Shown: positions 36,714-47,681, numbered from the stretch's first letter. The stretch: DNA of 64,000 nt from Patescibacteria group bacterium (GCA_023484515.1 JAMDAY010000028.1:2544-66543); one strand, 5' to 3'. The notes: generated by a model from the letters alone, not told the origin. Numbers and translations: made by a program.

Positions 36714-36741
36714 TTGACAAATTAGTCTTGACAGGTATAAT
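36714..36741 (+). promoter_or_regulatory. consensus sigma70 promoter TTGACA-16-TATAAT upstream of rpoB
   Basis: Read directly from the sequence. Confidence 0.5.
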
Positions 36742-36792
36742 GCCAATATGCACAATTTCATAAGATTTTAAGCCTTAACGCCACGGCCTTTT

Positions 36793-39700
36793 TTGCATAT
36801 GCAAAAAAGGAAATGTTTTATGCACTCCAAATCTAAAACTCCTCAAGAACAAGCCATTTTTAAAGCGCAGGCGGACAAAACTTTGCCCAGGAAATTTTTT
36901 AACCACGGGCACGAAACTTCCCTGTTGCCGAATTTAATAGAAGTCCAGTTGGATTCTTACCGCTGGTTTTTGGAAAAAGGCTTAAAGGAACTGCTCGGGG
37001 AAATTAATCCCATCCGCGACTTTACCGGCAAAAATTTGGAACTTTTTTTCGGCGATTATTTTTTGGACAAGCCCAAATACGACGAATTCACTTCCCGCGA
37101 ACGCAATACCACTTTTGAAGCCCCGCTGTATGTAAGCGCGAAATTGGCAAACAAGGTTAACGGCAAGACCAAGACCCAGGACGTTTACTTCGGCGACTTT
37201 CCCTTAATGACCCCCCGCGGCACGTTTATCATCAACGGCGTGGAGCGCGTGGTGGTAAACCAGCTCATTAAGTCTCCCGGCGTGTTCTTTACCGCAGAAG
37301 GCCTGCGCGGCAAGAATTTTTACGGGGCCAAGATTATCCCCAACCGCGGCGCCTGGCTGGAGCTGGATACGGACGCAGCCGGCGTCATTGGCGTCAAAAT
37401 TGACCGCAAGCGCAGAATACCCATTACCGCTTTGCTGCGCGTTTTCGGCTTGTCTTCCAATGAAGAAATTTTGCAGGCGTTCCGCGACGTTGACACCGAT
37501 CCCGATACCAAATATATCCAGGCCACTTTGGAAAAGGACGCAAGCACTAACAGCGACGAAGGCTATAAGGAAGTTTACAAAAGGATCCGCCCGGGCGACC
37601 TGGCCACGGTGGACAACGCCAAGTCCTTAATTTCCGGGATGTTCTTTAATGCCGAGCGCTATGACTTGTCCGAAGTCGGTCGCTACAAGTTTAACCAGCG
37701 GCTGAATGTGGAAGAAAACAAAGGGCAAATTTTAACTAAAGAAGATCTAGTAACCGTAATCCGCGAAATTATCCGCCTGAACAATACCCAGCAGCCGGCC
37801 GACGACATTGACCATTTGGCCAACCGCCGCGTGCGCGCGGTGGGGGAATTAATCCAGACCCGCTTCCGCGTAGGGCTGGCCCGCATGGCCAGAATCGCCA
37901 AAGACCGCATGAGCCTGGCCGACCTGGACACCGTGACCCCGGCCCAGCTTATCCATGTGCGCCCGATTGTCGCCACCATGCAGGAATTTTTCTCTTCTTC
38001 CCAATTGTCCCAGTTTATGGACCAGACCAACCCCTTGGCCGAACTGGAGCACAAGCGCAGGCTTTCCGCCATGGGTCCGGGCGGGCTTTCCCGCGAGCGG
38101 GCCGGTTTTGAAGTCCGCGACGTGCACCACAGCCACTACGGCCGGTTGTGCCCCATTACCACTCCCGAAGGGCCGAACATCGGGCTGGTGGCCCATTTGG
38201 CCACCTACGCCCGCGTGAACGATTTCGGGTTCATAGAAACCCCTTACCGGGTGGTCAAAAAATTTGCCAAGAACGACGGCAAGGACGCGGCAGGCGAAAT
38301 TGCCTTGTTTGACGTTAAGTCCCAGGAAGGCGGAATTTTAGCCGCCGCCGGCCAGGCGGTGAGCGAAAAGCAGGCCAAGGACTTGGCCAAGCACGGGGAG
38401 ATTTTGGAAATCCGCATCAAGCCCCGCCTGACGGACAAGGTTGTCTATTTGGACGCTTACGAAGAAGAAAAATTGACCATTGGCCAGGCGAACATTGAGG
38501 TGGACGGGAAAGGGTATTTTACCGCGCCCCGCGCTTCGGTCCGCGTGCATACCGTGCCGAGCATTGCTTCCACCGACGACATTGACTGCATAGACGTTTC
38601 GCCCAAGCAGATTATTTCCATAACTACTTCATTAATTCCGTTTTTGGAACACGATGACGCTAACCGCGCCCTTATGGGCAGCAACATGCAACGCCAGGCC
38701 GTGTCCTGCATCCGTCCCGAAGCCCCCTTGGTGGGCACGGGTATGGAAAGCAAGGCCGCCCACGACAGCGGCACCGTGGTTTTGGCCGAAGAAGACGGGG
38801 AAGTGCTTTCCGTTACCGGCGACAAAATTATAGTGGCAGGGGACAAAGGCAAGAAAAACGAATATCAGTTGCTTAAATTCTTGCGCACCAATTCGGCCAC
38901 GGCCATTAACCAGATTGCCCGCGTCACCAAAGGCCAAAAGGTGAAAAAAGGCGACCTGCTGGCAGACGGCGCTTCCACGGAAAACGGGGAGCTGGCCTTG
39001 GGTCAGAACGTGCTGGTGGCCTTTATGTCCTGGGAAGGCGGCAACTACGAAGACGCGGTGCTGCTTTCGGAGCGCGTAGTGCAGCAGGACCGTTATTCCT
39101 CCATTCATATTGACGACTTTAAGATAGACGTGCGCGACACCAAGCTCGGTCCGGAACAGATTACCCGCGACATCCCCAATGTCGGGGAAGAAAAATTGAA
39201 GGATTTGGACGAGAACGGCATTATCCGCATTGGCGCGCAAGTAAAAGCAGGGGATATTTTGGTGGGTAAGATTACCCCCAAAGGCGAAACTGACCTGACT
39301 GCGGAAGAAAAATTGCTGCGCGTCATTTTCGGGGAAAAATCCCGCGACGTAAAAGATACCTCCTTAACTTTGCCGCACGGCGAATACGGCAAGGTTGTGA
39401 ATATTCGCCAGTTTACCCGTGAAGCCGGGGACAAATTGCCTTCCGGCGTGGTGCGCTCCATTCAGGTGTCCGTGGCCGTGCTCCGCAAGGTCCAGGTCGG
39501 CGACAAAATGGCCGGCCGCCATGGCAACAAGGGCGTTATTTCCAAAATTATTCCGGTGGAAGACTTGCCTTTCATGGAAGACGGCCGCGCCGTGGACGTG
39601 GTGCTGAACCCCTTGGGCGTGGTGTCCCGTATGAACTTGGGACAGATTTTGGAGACGCACTTGGGCATGGCCGCTTATCGTCTTGGCTACAAGGCGGCTA

Positions 39701-40317
39701 CTCCGGTCCTGGAAGGGGTAGTAGAGCGGCAAATTAAGGAAGAACTGGCCAAGTCCGGCATTCCGGAAGACGGCAAAGTGGTATTGTATGACGGCAAGAC
39801 CGGCGAGCGATTTGACGAAAAAGTCACGGTCGGCGTGATGTATTTCTTAAAGCTCCATCACTTGGTAGACGACAAGATGCACGCCCGGTCCACGGGTCCC
39901 TATTCGCTAATTACCCAGCAGCCGTTGGGCGGCAAGGCCCAGTTTGGCGGCCAGCGTTTCGGAGAAATGGAAGTGTGGGCCCTGGAAGGATACGGCGCCG
40001 CCCATACTTTGCAGGAAATGCTTACTATAAAATCGGACGACGTAGTCGGAAGGTCCAAGACTTACGAAGCTATTGTGAAGGGCGAGCCCATTAAGAAGCC
40101 GAACATTCCGGAAAGCTTCCGCGTGCTGGTCAAGGAATTGCAAAGCTTGTGCATGGACGTGGAACTGCTTGGCGCGGACGGGGCAATAATGTCCGCCTCG
40201 GAAGAGAGCGAAGTGGTGGTTCCCGGCCCAATACAGCAGCCCGTAACCGTGCCCGAAGTTTCGCTGTTTGAGGAAGAAAAGCCTAAGGAAAAGAAAAGCA
40301 AGAAAAAGGCGAAGTAA
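36793..40317 (+). CDS. rpoB: DNA-directed RNA polymerase subunit beta
   Basis: 1174 aa with conserved beta-subunit blocks (GDKMAGRHGNKGV, NMQRQAVS and others). Confidence 0.95.
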   Translation: MHMQKRKCFMHSKSKTPQEQAIFKAQADKTLPRKFFNHGHETSLLPNLIEVQLDSYRWFLEKGLKELLGEINPIRDFTGKNLELFFGDYFLDKPKYDEFTSRERNTTFEAPLYVSAKLANKVNGKTKTQDVYFGDFPLMTPRGTFIINGVERVVVNQLIKSPGVFFTAEGLRGKNFYGAKIIPNRGAWLELDTDAAGVIGVKIDRKRRIPITALLRVFGLSSNEEILQAFRDVDTDPDTKYIQATLEKDASTNSDEGYKEVYKRIRPGDLATVDNAKSLISGMFFNAERYDLSEVGRYKFNQRLNVEENKGQILTKEDLVTVIREIIRLNNTQQPADDIDHLANRRVRAVGELIQTRFRVGLARMARIAKDRMSLADLDTVTPAQLIHVRPIVATMQEFFSSSQLSQFMDQTNPLAELEHKRRLSAMGPGGLSRERAGFEVRDVHHSHYGRLCPITTPEGPNIGLVAHLATYARVNDFGFIETPYRVVKKFAKNDGKDAAGEIALFDVKSQEGGILAAAGQAVSEKQAKDLAKHGEILEIRIKPRLTDKVVYLDAYEEEKLTIGQANIEVDGKGYFTAPRASVRVHTVPSIASTDDIDCIDVSPKQIISITTSLIPFLEHDDANRALMGSNMQRQAVSCIRPEAPLVGTGMESKAAHDSGTVVLAEEDGEVLSVTGDKIIVAGDKGKKNEYQLLKFLRTNSATAINQIARVTKGQKVKKGDLLADGASTENGELALGQNVLVAFMSWEGGNYEDAVLLSERVVQQDRYSSIHIDDFKIDVRDTKLGPEQITRDIPNVGEEKLKDLDENGIIRIGAQVKAGDILVGKITPKGETDLTAEEKLLRVIFGEKSRDVKDTSLTLPHGEYGKVVNIRQFTREAGDKLPSGVVRSIQVSVAVLRKVQVGDKMAGRHGNKGVISKIIPVEDLPFMEDGRAVDVVLNPLGVVSRMNLGQILETHLGMAAYRLGYKAATPVLEGVVERQIKEELAKSGIPEDGKVVLYDGKTGERFDEKVTVGVMYFLKLHHLVDDKMHARSTGPYSLITQQPLGGKAQFGGQRFGEMEVWALEGYGAAHTLQEMLTIKSDDVVGRSKTYEAIVKGEPIKKPNIPESFRVLVKELQSLCMDVELLGADGAIMSASEESEVVVPGPIQQPVTVPEVSLFEEEKPKEKKSKKKAK

Positions 40318-40347
40318 CAATAACTAATAACTATAACAATATATAGA

Positions 40348-40405
40348 TGTAGGGGCGGGCATTGCCCGCCCGCCACAGAACGGGCGGCCGATGGCCGCCC
40401 CTACA
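40348..40405. repeat. REP-like GTAG-headed palindrome in the rpoB-rpoC spacer
   Basis: tgtaggggcgggcattgcccgcccgccacagaacgggcggccgatggccgcccctaca. Confidence 0.8.
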
Positions 40406-40424
40406 GGAACCTAAAAAAATTTGT

Positions 40425-40662
40425 GTCATTGCGAGGTCAGGGCTTTATCTGGCCGAAGCAATCTTTTCCTTATGATATAGTAAGTAAAATAATTTTTTAG
40501 CCTTCAATAGCGACAGCCAAATACGAGTGCATTGTAGTTGCCTGATTTATCAGGCTCAAAGGGCCCCATAAATGGGGCAACTACGCAAGGGGCGGCTAAA
40601 AATTTATTTGATTCACTATAGTTTGCTTCGCCCCTCGGATGCACTCGGGGCTCGCAATGACA
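40425..40662. mobile_element. MITE-like element with TGTCATTGCGAG terminal inverted repeats (copy 2, 238 bp)
   Basis: TIRs at 40425-40436 and 40651-40662. The internal blocks match copy 1. It also contains gtagttgcctgatttatcaggctc, which has a related sequence at 21590. Confidence 0.65.
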
Positions 40663-40857
40663 TAAAAAAAGCGCCGCGTCCGTCCTTGCCCGAAGGCAAA
40701 TCGGATTTTCAATAATGTTGAAATTTAAAAAATTTAAGAATTGGGCATTTATTGGAAATTAGAAATTGGGAATTTGAAATTTTTAACTACAAATTATCAA
40801 ATAGCCACTAAAGTGGCAAAGCCATCAAGTATTAATTTTTAAGAAGAACGTTAATTT

Positions 40858-43800
40858 ATGTTCACCCAAACCGAAGACTTCAAGGGAGTACGCTTGAAAC
40901 TGGCCAGCCCGGATACCATTTTGCAATGGTCCCACGGCGAAGTCACCAAGCCGGAAACCATCAACTACCGCACCCAGCGTCCGGAAAAGGACGGGCTTTT
41001 CGACGAGAAAATTTTCGGGCCCATTAAGGACTGGGAATGCTACTGCGGCAAATACAAAAGGATCCGCTACAAAGGGATAGTGTGCGACAAGTGCGGCGTG
41101 GAAGTCACCAAGTCCTCGGTGCGGCGCGAGCGCATGGGGCACATTAAGCTGGCCGTGCCCGTGGCCCATATTTGGTTTTTGCGCGGCGTGCCTTCGCGCC
41201 TCGGCTTAATATTGGATTTGGGCGTGCAGGAACTGGAAAAAGTGGTATACTTTGCCGCTTACATTATTACTAACGTGGACGAAGAAGTCCGCATGTCCAC
41301 CCTGGATCAGATTGAACGGGAATTCAAGGCCAAGAAAAAGAACATAGAAGAAAAATATGAAACCTTGATCGGAAAAGCGCGCAGCGGCATCCAGCAGCAC
41401 GGCGGCAGCAAGGACCAGGACGTGGTGCAGGCCGAAATAGACGCGGAAGTTACCAGGCTTAAAGACGCCTGGGCCAAGGAAGTGGACGGCCTGGAATCTA
41501 TCCGCGACCAGGCGCGCAGCGAACTAAAATCCATCAAAAAATACCAGATTATCAGCGAACTGCAATATCGCGACCTGTCCTTAAAATACGGCCCCGTGTT
41601 TTCCGCAGGCATTGGCGCGGAAGCGTTAAAGGGCTTATTGGAAGAGACTAATCTGGAGAATTTGGCGCAGGAACTGCAGACCGAACTGCCCAATTTGGAG
41701 GGCCAGGCTAACCGTAAAGTTTTAAAGCGGCTCAAACTGGTCAAGTCCTTAATTTTGTCGGGCCTAAGGCCGGAATGGATGCTGGTGACCATGCTGCCGG
41801 TTATTCCGCCGGACCTGCGGCCCATGGTGCAGTTGGACGGCGGCCGGTTTGCCGCGTCCGACTTGAATGACTTATACCGCCGCGTCATTAACCGCAATAA
41901 CCGTTTAAAGAAACTTTTGGAAATTAAGGCGCCGGAAGTTATAACCCGCAACGAAAAGCGCATGTTGCAGGAAGCCGTGGACGCGCTTATAGACAATTCC
42001 ATCCGCCACGGCAAGGAAGTTACAGCTTCCACAGGGCAAAAGCGCAAGCTGCGCTCTTTGGCCGACATGCTTAAAGGCAAGCAGGGGCGGTTCCGCCAAA
42101 ACTTACTTGGTAAGCGCGTGGACTACTCCGGCCGCAGCGTTATTGTGGTCGGCCCGCACTTGAAATTGCACCAGTGCGGCCTGCCGAAATTTATGGCCCT
42201 GGAATTGTTTAAGCCGTTTGTCATTTCCAAGCTGATTGCCCGCGAATATGCGCACAACGTGCGCAGCGCCAACCGCTTAATAGAGCAGGGGCGCACCGAA
42301 GTTTACGACATCCTGGAAGAAGTGACCAGCGACCATTATGTGCTGCTTAACCGCGCGCCGACTTTGCATCGTTTGGGTTTTCAGGCATTCCAGCCGGTAT
42401 TGATAGAAGGTAAGGCCATCCAGTTGCACCCTATGGTGTGTGCCGCGTTCAACGCGGATTTTGACGGCGACCAGATGGCCGTGCACGTGCCTTTGACCGA
42501 ACTGGCGCAAAAGGAAGCCAAGGAAATTATGGTTTCCGCGCATAACCTGCTCAAACCGGCTTCCGGCGACCCGGTGATGACCCCGGACAAGGACGTGGTA
42601 GTCGGCTGCTACTATATAACCAAGACCCGCGAAGGCTTAAAGGGCGAAGGTAAATATTTTTCCAATCCGCAGGAAGCCATTTTGGCTTACAATAATCATT
42701 TCGTGCACATCCAGGCAAAAATCAAAGTAAGGATGCCTGCGGAAGACGGCGCCGCAGAGGAGATGGTAGAAACGTCCGTGGGCCGCCTTATCTTTAACAA
42801 AATTATCCCCAAGGAATTGGGTTTTAAGAACGACGCCTTTGACAAGAAAAAATTGCAGGCTTTGGTCCGCGAAGCGCACCGCCAGTTGGGCAACGAGCGC
42901 ACTGCGGAATTGATTGACGAAATTAAGCGCACCGGCTTTACCTATATGAAACAGTCGGGATTGTCCTGGGGCATGGACGATTTGCGCGTGCCGCAAAACA
43001 AGTATGAACTGTTCGGCACGGCCGATACGGAAGTGGAATCCACTTACCAGCAGTACCGCGAAGGCTTGCTGACCGAGGAAGAGCGCAAGAACCGCGTGGT
43101 GGAAATTTGGGCTGACACCAGCGAACGCATTGCCAAGAGCGTAACCCAGACCGTGGACGAGCACAGCACGGTTAATTACATGGTCAGCAGCGGAGCCAGG
43201 GGGTCGTTTTCCCAAATTACGCAGATGTCAGGCATGAAAGGACTGGTGGTCAACCCGGCCGGCGACGTTATTGAATTGCCGGTCCGCGGCAGCTTTAAGG
43301 AAGGCCTGGCCGTATTGGAATATTTTATTTCCACGCACGGCTCGCGGAAAGGCATGTCGGACACGGCTTTAAGGACCGCGGACGCCGGCTACCTGACCAG
43401 GAGGCTGGTGGACGTGGCGCAGGATATTGTGATTAACGCGGAAGACTGCGGCACTGAAGAATATGACTTAATAACTTTGGCTGACAGCCAGAGAATGGGC
43501 AAGCCTTTGGATCGCCGCTTGTTCGGCCGCGTAGTCGCCGAAGACCTCAAGGACAAGGAAGGCAATATTATAGTGGCCAAAAACCAGGGCATTGACGATT
43601 TCCTGGCCAAACAAATTGTGGAACTGGGCATAACCGAAGTCAAGTGCCGCAGCGTGCTCAAGTGCAAGCTGACCCGCGGCATTTGCCGCCTGTGTTACGG
43701 GTTTGACCTGGGCTTTAACAAGATGGTCCAGCCCGGCGCGGCCGCCGGCATTGTGGCCGCCCAGGCCATTGGCGAACCGGGCACGCAGCTGACCATGAGA

Positions 43801-44757
43801 ACTTTCCATACCGGCGGTTCGGCCAGCGTAAAAGACATTACCCAAGGTTTGCCTCGCGTGGAAGAACTGTTTGAAGCGCGTGAACCAAAAGGGGAAGCCA
43901 CGGTTTCGGAAATTGACGGGCAGGCATATATTAGCAAGCCTAACAACAAGGAATACATAGTGCGCGTGCAGGGCGCGGACGTGGAAACCGACGTTTACGA
44001 ATTAGGGGGCGCCCATGCCGCAGTCAAGGACGGCAGCAAGGTGTCCGCTGGCGAAACTTTGTATCTGGACGAGGCAGGCAAGCCTGTCCGGTCCAAGGAC
44101 GCGGGCTTTGTGCGCGTGGAAAAAGGGCGGATTGCGGTAGTGCACGAGAGCGACGACGTTAAGGAATACGTTATTCCGGCTTCGTTCAGCCTTTTAATCA
44201 AGGACGGCGACCTGGTAACCAAAGGACAGCAGTTGACCGAAGGCAACTTAAATCCCAACTTAATTATGAAATTGCGCGGCGTGGAAGAAGCGCAAAAATA
44301 CATTACCAGGGAAGTCCAGGACATTTACGTGTCCCAGGGACAGAACATCCACGACAAGCACATTGAAGTGATTGTCCGGCAGATGTTCTCCAAGATGCGC
44401 ATTGCCGATTCCGGGGACAGTGAATTCGTGGTGGGGGAGATAGTGGACAAATCCAAGCTGAATTATATTAACGAAGGCCTGCTGAAAAACGGGCAGCGCC
44501 CGGCCCAGGCCGAACAGTTGCTGATGGGAATTACCAAAGTATCCCTTAATACCGATTCGTTTCTGGCAGCCGCTTCTTTCCAGGAAACTACTCGCGTTTT
44601 GATTGAAGCCGCGGTGACCGGCAAGACCGACTACTTGCGCGGGCTTAAGGAAAACGTGATTATTGGCAAGCTCATTCCGGCCGGCACCGGCTTTAGCAAA
44701 GAAATCGCCAAGGAAAACCTGCAGGCCGAAGAGGCGGTATCGCTGGCTTCGGAGTAG
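40858..44757 (+). CDS. rpoC: DNA-directed RNA polymerase subunit beta' (with a lineage-specific insertion after the zinc-binding region)
   Basis: N-terminal Cys-ligand spacing C..C..(x12)..C..C within ...[28 protein letters not shown]. The catalytic loop reads [15 protein letters not shown]. Confidence 0.95.
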   Translation: MFTQTEDFKGVRLKLASPDTILQWSHGEVTKPETINYRTQRPEKDGLFDEKIFGPIKDWECYCGKYKRIRYKGIVCDKCGVEVTKSSVRRERMGHIKLAVPVAHIWFLRGVPSRLGLILDLGVQELEKVVYFAAYIITNVDEEVRMSTLDQIEREFKAKKKNIEEKYETLIGKARSGIQQHGGSKDQDVVQAEIDAEVTRLKDAWAKEVDGLESIRDQARSELKSIKKYQIISELQYRDLSLKYGPVFSAGIGAEALKGLLEETNLENLAQELQTELPNLEGQANRKVLKRLKLVKSLILSGLRPEWMLVTMLPVIPPDLRPMVQLDGGRFAASDLNDLYRRVINRNNRLKKLLEIKAPEVITRNEKRMLQEAVDALIDNSIRHGKEVTASTGQKRKLRSLADMLKGKQGRFRQNLLGKRVDYSGRSVIVVGPHLKLHQCGLPKFMALELFKPFVISKLIAREYAHNVRSANRLIEQGRTEVYDILEEVTSDHYVLLNRAPTLHRLGFQAFQPVLIEGKAIQLHPMVCAAFNADFDGDQMAVHVPLTELAQKEAKEIMVSAHNLLKPASGDPVMTPDKDVVVGCYYITKTREGLKGEGKYFSNPQEAILAYNNHFVHIQAKIKVRMPAEDGAAEEMVETSVGRLIFNKIIPKELGFKNDAFDKKKLQALVREAHRQLGNERTAELIDEIKRTGFTYMKQSGLSWGMDDLRVPQNKYELFGTADTEVESTYQQYREGLLTEEERKNRVVEIWADTSERIAKSVTQTVDEHSTVNYMVSSGARGSFSQITQMSGMKGLVVNPAGDVIELPVRGSFKEGLAVLEYFISTHGSRKGMSDTALRTADAGYLTRRLVDVAQDIVINAEDCGTEEYDLITLADSQRMGKPLDRRLFGRVVAEDLKDKEGNIIVAKNQGIDDFLAKQIVELGITEVKCRSVLKCKLTRGICRLCYGFDLGFNKMVQPGAAAGIVAAQAIGEPGTQLTMRTFHTGGSASVKDITQGLPRVEELFEAREPKGEATVSEIDGQAYISKPNNKEYIVRVQGADVETDVYELGGAHAAVKDGSKVSAGETLYLDEAGKPVRSKDAGFVRVEKGRIAVVHESDDVKEYVIPASFSLLIKDGDLVTKGQQLTEGNLNPNLIMKLRGVEEAQKYITREVQDIYVSQGQNIHDKHIEVIVRQMFSKMRIADSGDSEFVVGEIVDKSKLNYINEGLLKNGQRPAQAEQLLMGITKVSLNTDSFLAAASFQETTRVLIEAAVTGKTDYLRGLKENVIIGKLIPAGTGFSKEIAKENLQAEEAVSLASE

Positions 44758-44856
44758 CATCCAAACGGATTTACGCGAATGCAAAAACGAATAATTACGA
44801 ATACGTGAATATACGGACGGATACCATCCGCTCCTGCAAATTGATTAATTTAGAAA

Positions 44857-44884
44857 GGGACGGCCAAACGCCGCCCCTTTTTCG
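44857..44884 (+). terminator. GC-rich hairpin gggacggc/gccgcccc followed by T5, downstream of rpoC
   Basis: Seven of 8 bp pair in the stem, followed by a T-run. Confidence 0.45.
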
Positions 44885-45001
44885 CGCTTGGATAAATTTT
44901 AAAAGGTTGGTTGCGGACCAGTTTTTTGAATTCGGTCCCTAATTTTGTGTTTGACTTGGAACCTGCAATCGTCTAATATTAATATGAAAAGACGGAGACG
45001 C

Positions 45002-45226
45002 ATGAAAACATTATTTTTAGAATCAGCGGTCTGGAAAGAGGGCAAATTTTACGTTGCCCAGTGTTTAAACGTGGATGTTTCCAGTTTTGGCAAAACCAAA
45101 AAAGAAGCTTTAAAAAACTTGCAGGAAGCCTTGGAACTTTATTTTGAGGACGAAAGCATAAAGCCTTCAAAAATAGCTTCCGTGGAAAAACCGGAACTGA
45201 CCAGGCTGCCCATAGCTTATGCCTAA
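45002..45226 (+). CDS. hicB: HicB-family antitoxin
   Basis: KFYVAQCLNVDVSSFGKTKKEALKNLQEALELYFE matches the HicB/UPF0150 pattern. A TTGACT-17-TAATAT promoter lies at 44950-44978. Confidence 0.6.
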   Translation: MKTLFLESAVWKEGKFYVAQCLNVDVSSFGKTKKEALKNLQEALELYFEDESIKPSKIASVEKPELTRLPIAYA

Positions 45227-45431
45227 ATTATATTCTTCAAGCCAAATTATCAAAGTCCTGGAAAGCCGGGGCTTTGTTTTTGTTTCCCAAAAAGGCAGCC
45301 ATGTCAAATATCGCAAATATGGTAATCCTACCTTGACCGTAATAGTTACGGCGAATAAAAGACAGATTCCTTTAGGAACTTTTAAGTCTATTTTAAGGCA
45401 GTCCGGGTTAATGGAAGAAGATTTTAGTTGA
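45219..45431 (+). CDS. hicA: HicA-family mRNA interferase toxin
   Basis: IKVLESRGFVFVSQKGSHVKYRK matches the HicA/YcfA pattern. Overlaps hicB by 8 nt. Confidence 0.65.
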   Translation: MPKLYSSSQIIKVLESRGFVFVSQKGSHVKYRKYGNPTLTVIVTANKRQIPLGTFKSILRQSGLMEEDFS

Positions 45432-45483
45432 TGTATTTTGGGTATCACTATAGTTTGGAGGCAAAATCTGTTACAATAAAACC

Positions 45484-46713
45484 ATGAATAAACTCCAAAT
45501 TTCCCAACGCGCGCAAAAGATAATTGCTTCTCCCATAAGGAAGTTTTTGCCATTGATGCTGGAAGCGGAAAAACGGGGGATTAAAATATATAAGATCAAC
45601 GTGGGCGACCCGGATTTATTGCCACCGCCGGAATTTTACCGGGAAATAAAACGGCATTTGGCCGGCAATTTGGGTTATGCTCCTTCTCCCGGCATTGCCA
45701 GCCATGTGGCAGCCTGGCAGGAATATTACAGTCAAATGGGCGTAAATTTGCAGCCGGGAAATATTATCCCCACGCAGGGCGGCGCAGAAGCTATTTTACT
45801 GGCCATGCAGGCCGTGGCAGACCAGGGCGACGAGGTGGTAGTGTTTGAGCCTTTGTATGTCAGTTACCGGTCCTTTGCCGCCATGGCCGGCATTAAGCTG
45901 GTGCCCGTAACGTTGTCTATTGCCAACAACTTTAGCCTGCCTTCCGTTTCAGTTTTGAAAAATAAAATCACTAGCAGAACAAAGGCAATTGTAATTGTGA
46001 ATCCTGACAACCCCACAGGCAAGCTATGGAGCAAAAAAGAACTGGACCAGATAATCCAGGTTGCCAAAAAACATAACCTCTATATTATTTCCGACGAAAC
46101 TTACCGCGAAATTAGGTTTGACGGCAAAAAATTTTCCTGTCTTTTGACGCGCAAGGATGCCGCGGAAAATATAATATTATGCGACAGCGTGTCTAAGCGT
46201 TTTTCCATGCCCGGCGCGCGCATTGGCTGCGTGGCCAGTTTTAACAAAGAGATAATGTCAAGCGTGCTCAAGTTTGCCCAGGCCAGGCTTTCCGCCGGAA
46301 CTTTGGAACAGTTGGCCCTAGTTCCGCTGATAAAAAATAGCCGCTCCTATACCCGGAAAGTCCAAAAAGAATATTTGCGGCGGCGCAACGCGGTGGCAGC
46401 GGGCTTAAAAAATATTCCCGGCGCCGTATTCCGGCCGGCCCAGGGCGCATTTTACCAGGCCGTAAAACTGCCGGTTAAGTCCGCTGAGGATTTCGTAAAA
46501 TTTATGATCAGCGAATTCCAATACAAAGGCGCTACCGTCATGGTCACGCCCATGAAAGATTTCTACCTGACGCTGGGTTTAGGCGAAAATGAAGTCCGCA
46601 TAGCTTATGTGCTGAATGTTAAAGATTTGTCCGCAGCCATGGATGTTTTGCACAGAGGACTAATAGCATATAAAACGAGTCCCTTGAAGAGACCCTTCAA
46701 GGGGACCACATGA
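45484..46713 (+). CDS. class I/II PLP-dependent aminotransferase
   Basis: SKRFSMPGARIG (PLP-lysine region). About 409 aa. The last codons run into the REP hairpin at 46681-46704. Confidence 0.75.
   Translation: MNKLQISQRAQKIIASPIRKFLPLMLEAEKRGIKIYKINVGDPDLLPPPEFYREIKRHLAGNLGYAPSPGIASHVAAWQEYYSQMGVNLQPGNIIPTQGGAEAILLAMQAVADQGDEVVVFEPLYVSYRSFAAMAGIKLVPVTLSIANNFSLPSVSVLKNKITSRTKAIVIVNPDNPTGKLWSKKELDQIIQVAKKHNLYIISDETYREIRFDGKKFSCLLTRKDAAENIILCDSVSKRFSMPGARIGCVASFNKEIMSSVLKFAQARLSAGTLEQLALVPLIKNSRSYTRKVQKEYLRRRNAVAAGLKNIPGAVFRPAQGAFYQAVKLPVKSAEDFVKFMISEFQYKGATVMVTPMKDFYLTLGLGENEVRIAYVLNVKDLSAAMDVLHRGLIAYKTSPLKRPFKGTT
46681..46704. repeat. REP hairpin cccttgaagagacccttcaagggg (upstream flank of RAYT-2, within the aminotransferase 3' end)
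   Basis: Arms cccttgaag / cttcaaggg. Confidence 0.8.
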
Positions 46714-47390
46714 AATATAGAGATTACAAGGTGTTTGCACCGGGAGGATATTATCATGTATATAATCGCGGTGTAGCTAAAACTGATATCTTTTTAGACG
46801 ATGACGACCGCAAATTTTTTCTATTTCGCCTTAAAGAATATTTGTTTCCCTTGAAGGGTCTCTTCAAGGGAAAAAGGCAGAATTTACCTGGAGGGGCGGC
46901 AATTGTGGCCGAAACCCATACCCCTTATAAAAGAAAAATGTTGCCTCCAGACAGTTTTTCCTTGCTTTGTTATTGCCTTATGCCTAACCACTTCCATTTT
47001 CTTATTAGGCAGGAAGGTGTGTTGGAGGTCCGGAAGCTGTTGGCTAAAGTTTGCACCAGTTATTCTAAATTTTTTAACCAAAAATATGGAAGAGTTGGAA
47101 GCTTATTTCAGGATGCCTTTAAAGCCATTTCTGTAGAAAATGATCCGCAACTCCTTTGGGTTTCATCATACATCCATAATAATCCAAAAACAGCTAACCT
47201 TGTCGATAACCTAACTGATTATCCTTGGAGCAGCTATTTGGATTATATCGGCAAGCGGCAGGGAACTTTGTGCGACAAGGAATTTATTTTAAAGATGATC
47301 GGGGGCGCGGAAAAGTATAAAAGATTTGCGGAAGACAGCTTTGCGAAAATAAAGGAAAGGAAAGATTGTGAAGGATTATTTTTAGATTAA
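46710..47390 (+). CDS. REP-associated tyrosine transposase (RAYT), copy 2
   Basis: YHVYNRG and YCLMPNHFHFLI motifs. The 3' ~100 bp are about 95% identical in DNA to RAYT-1. An internal REP copy at 46848-46870 encodes LFPLKGLFKGK. Confidence 0.8.
   Translation: MKYRDYKVFAPGGYYHVYNRGVAKTDIFLDDDDRKFFLFRLKEYLFPLKGLFKGKRQNLPGGAAIVAETHTPYKRKMLPPDSFSLLCYCLMPNHFHFLIRQEGVLEVRKLLAKVCTSYSKFFNQKYGRVGSLFQDAFKAISVENDPQLLWVSSYIHNNPKTANLVDNLTDYPWSSYLDYIGKRQGTLCDKEFILKMIGGAEKYKRFAEDSFAKIKERKDCEGLFLD
46848..46870. repeat. REP hairpin cccttgaagggtctcttcaaggg inside the RAYT-2 ORF
   Basis: Same arms as the flanking copies. Confidence 0.8.
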
Positions 47391-47392
47391 AT

Positions 47393-47417
47393 CCCCTTGA
47401 AGGGTCTCTTCAAGGGG
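47393..47417. repeat. REP hairpin ccccttgaagggtctcttcaagggg (downstream flank of RAYT-2, inverted loop relative to the upstream copy)
   Basis: Loop gggtctct versus agagaccc upstream. Confidence 0.8.
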
Positions 47418-47423
47418 ATATTT

Positions 47424-47681
47424 TTAAGCGCTTTTTGACTTTTGGACAACCATCCAGCCGCCAAGGGCCGGCGGGGAAATTTCCAGCTTGTCTTTTTGCA
47501 GATAATATTTGGACGCGGATTTTCCATCAATCAGAACGGCGTATACATTCCCATTTTTGTCCTTTTTGTAAACTTTCCATTCGGCGCCTCCGCTGCCGTC
47601 GTTAAGGCAGGTGATTATATCGCCTTCCGAAAATTCATTGCCGTTTGGAATCTCCCTAAATTCATTTTTATTGTTTCGCAT
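47424..47681 (-). CDS. hypothetical small protein
   Basis: 85-aa ORF between RAYT-2 and valS. No recognisable motif. Confidence 0.3.
   Translation of the reverse strand: MRNNKNEFREIPNGNEFSEGDIITCLNDGSGGAEWKVYKKDKNGNVYAVLIDGKSASKYYLQKDKLEISPPALGGWMVVQKSKSA

Noticed and set aside
37320-44784. Dozens of 60-260 aa ORFs on both strands inside rpoB and rpoC
   Set aside because: They lie fully inside long conserved genes and are typical GC-rich antisense or out-of-frame artefacts.
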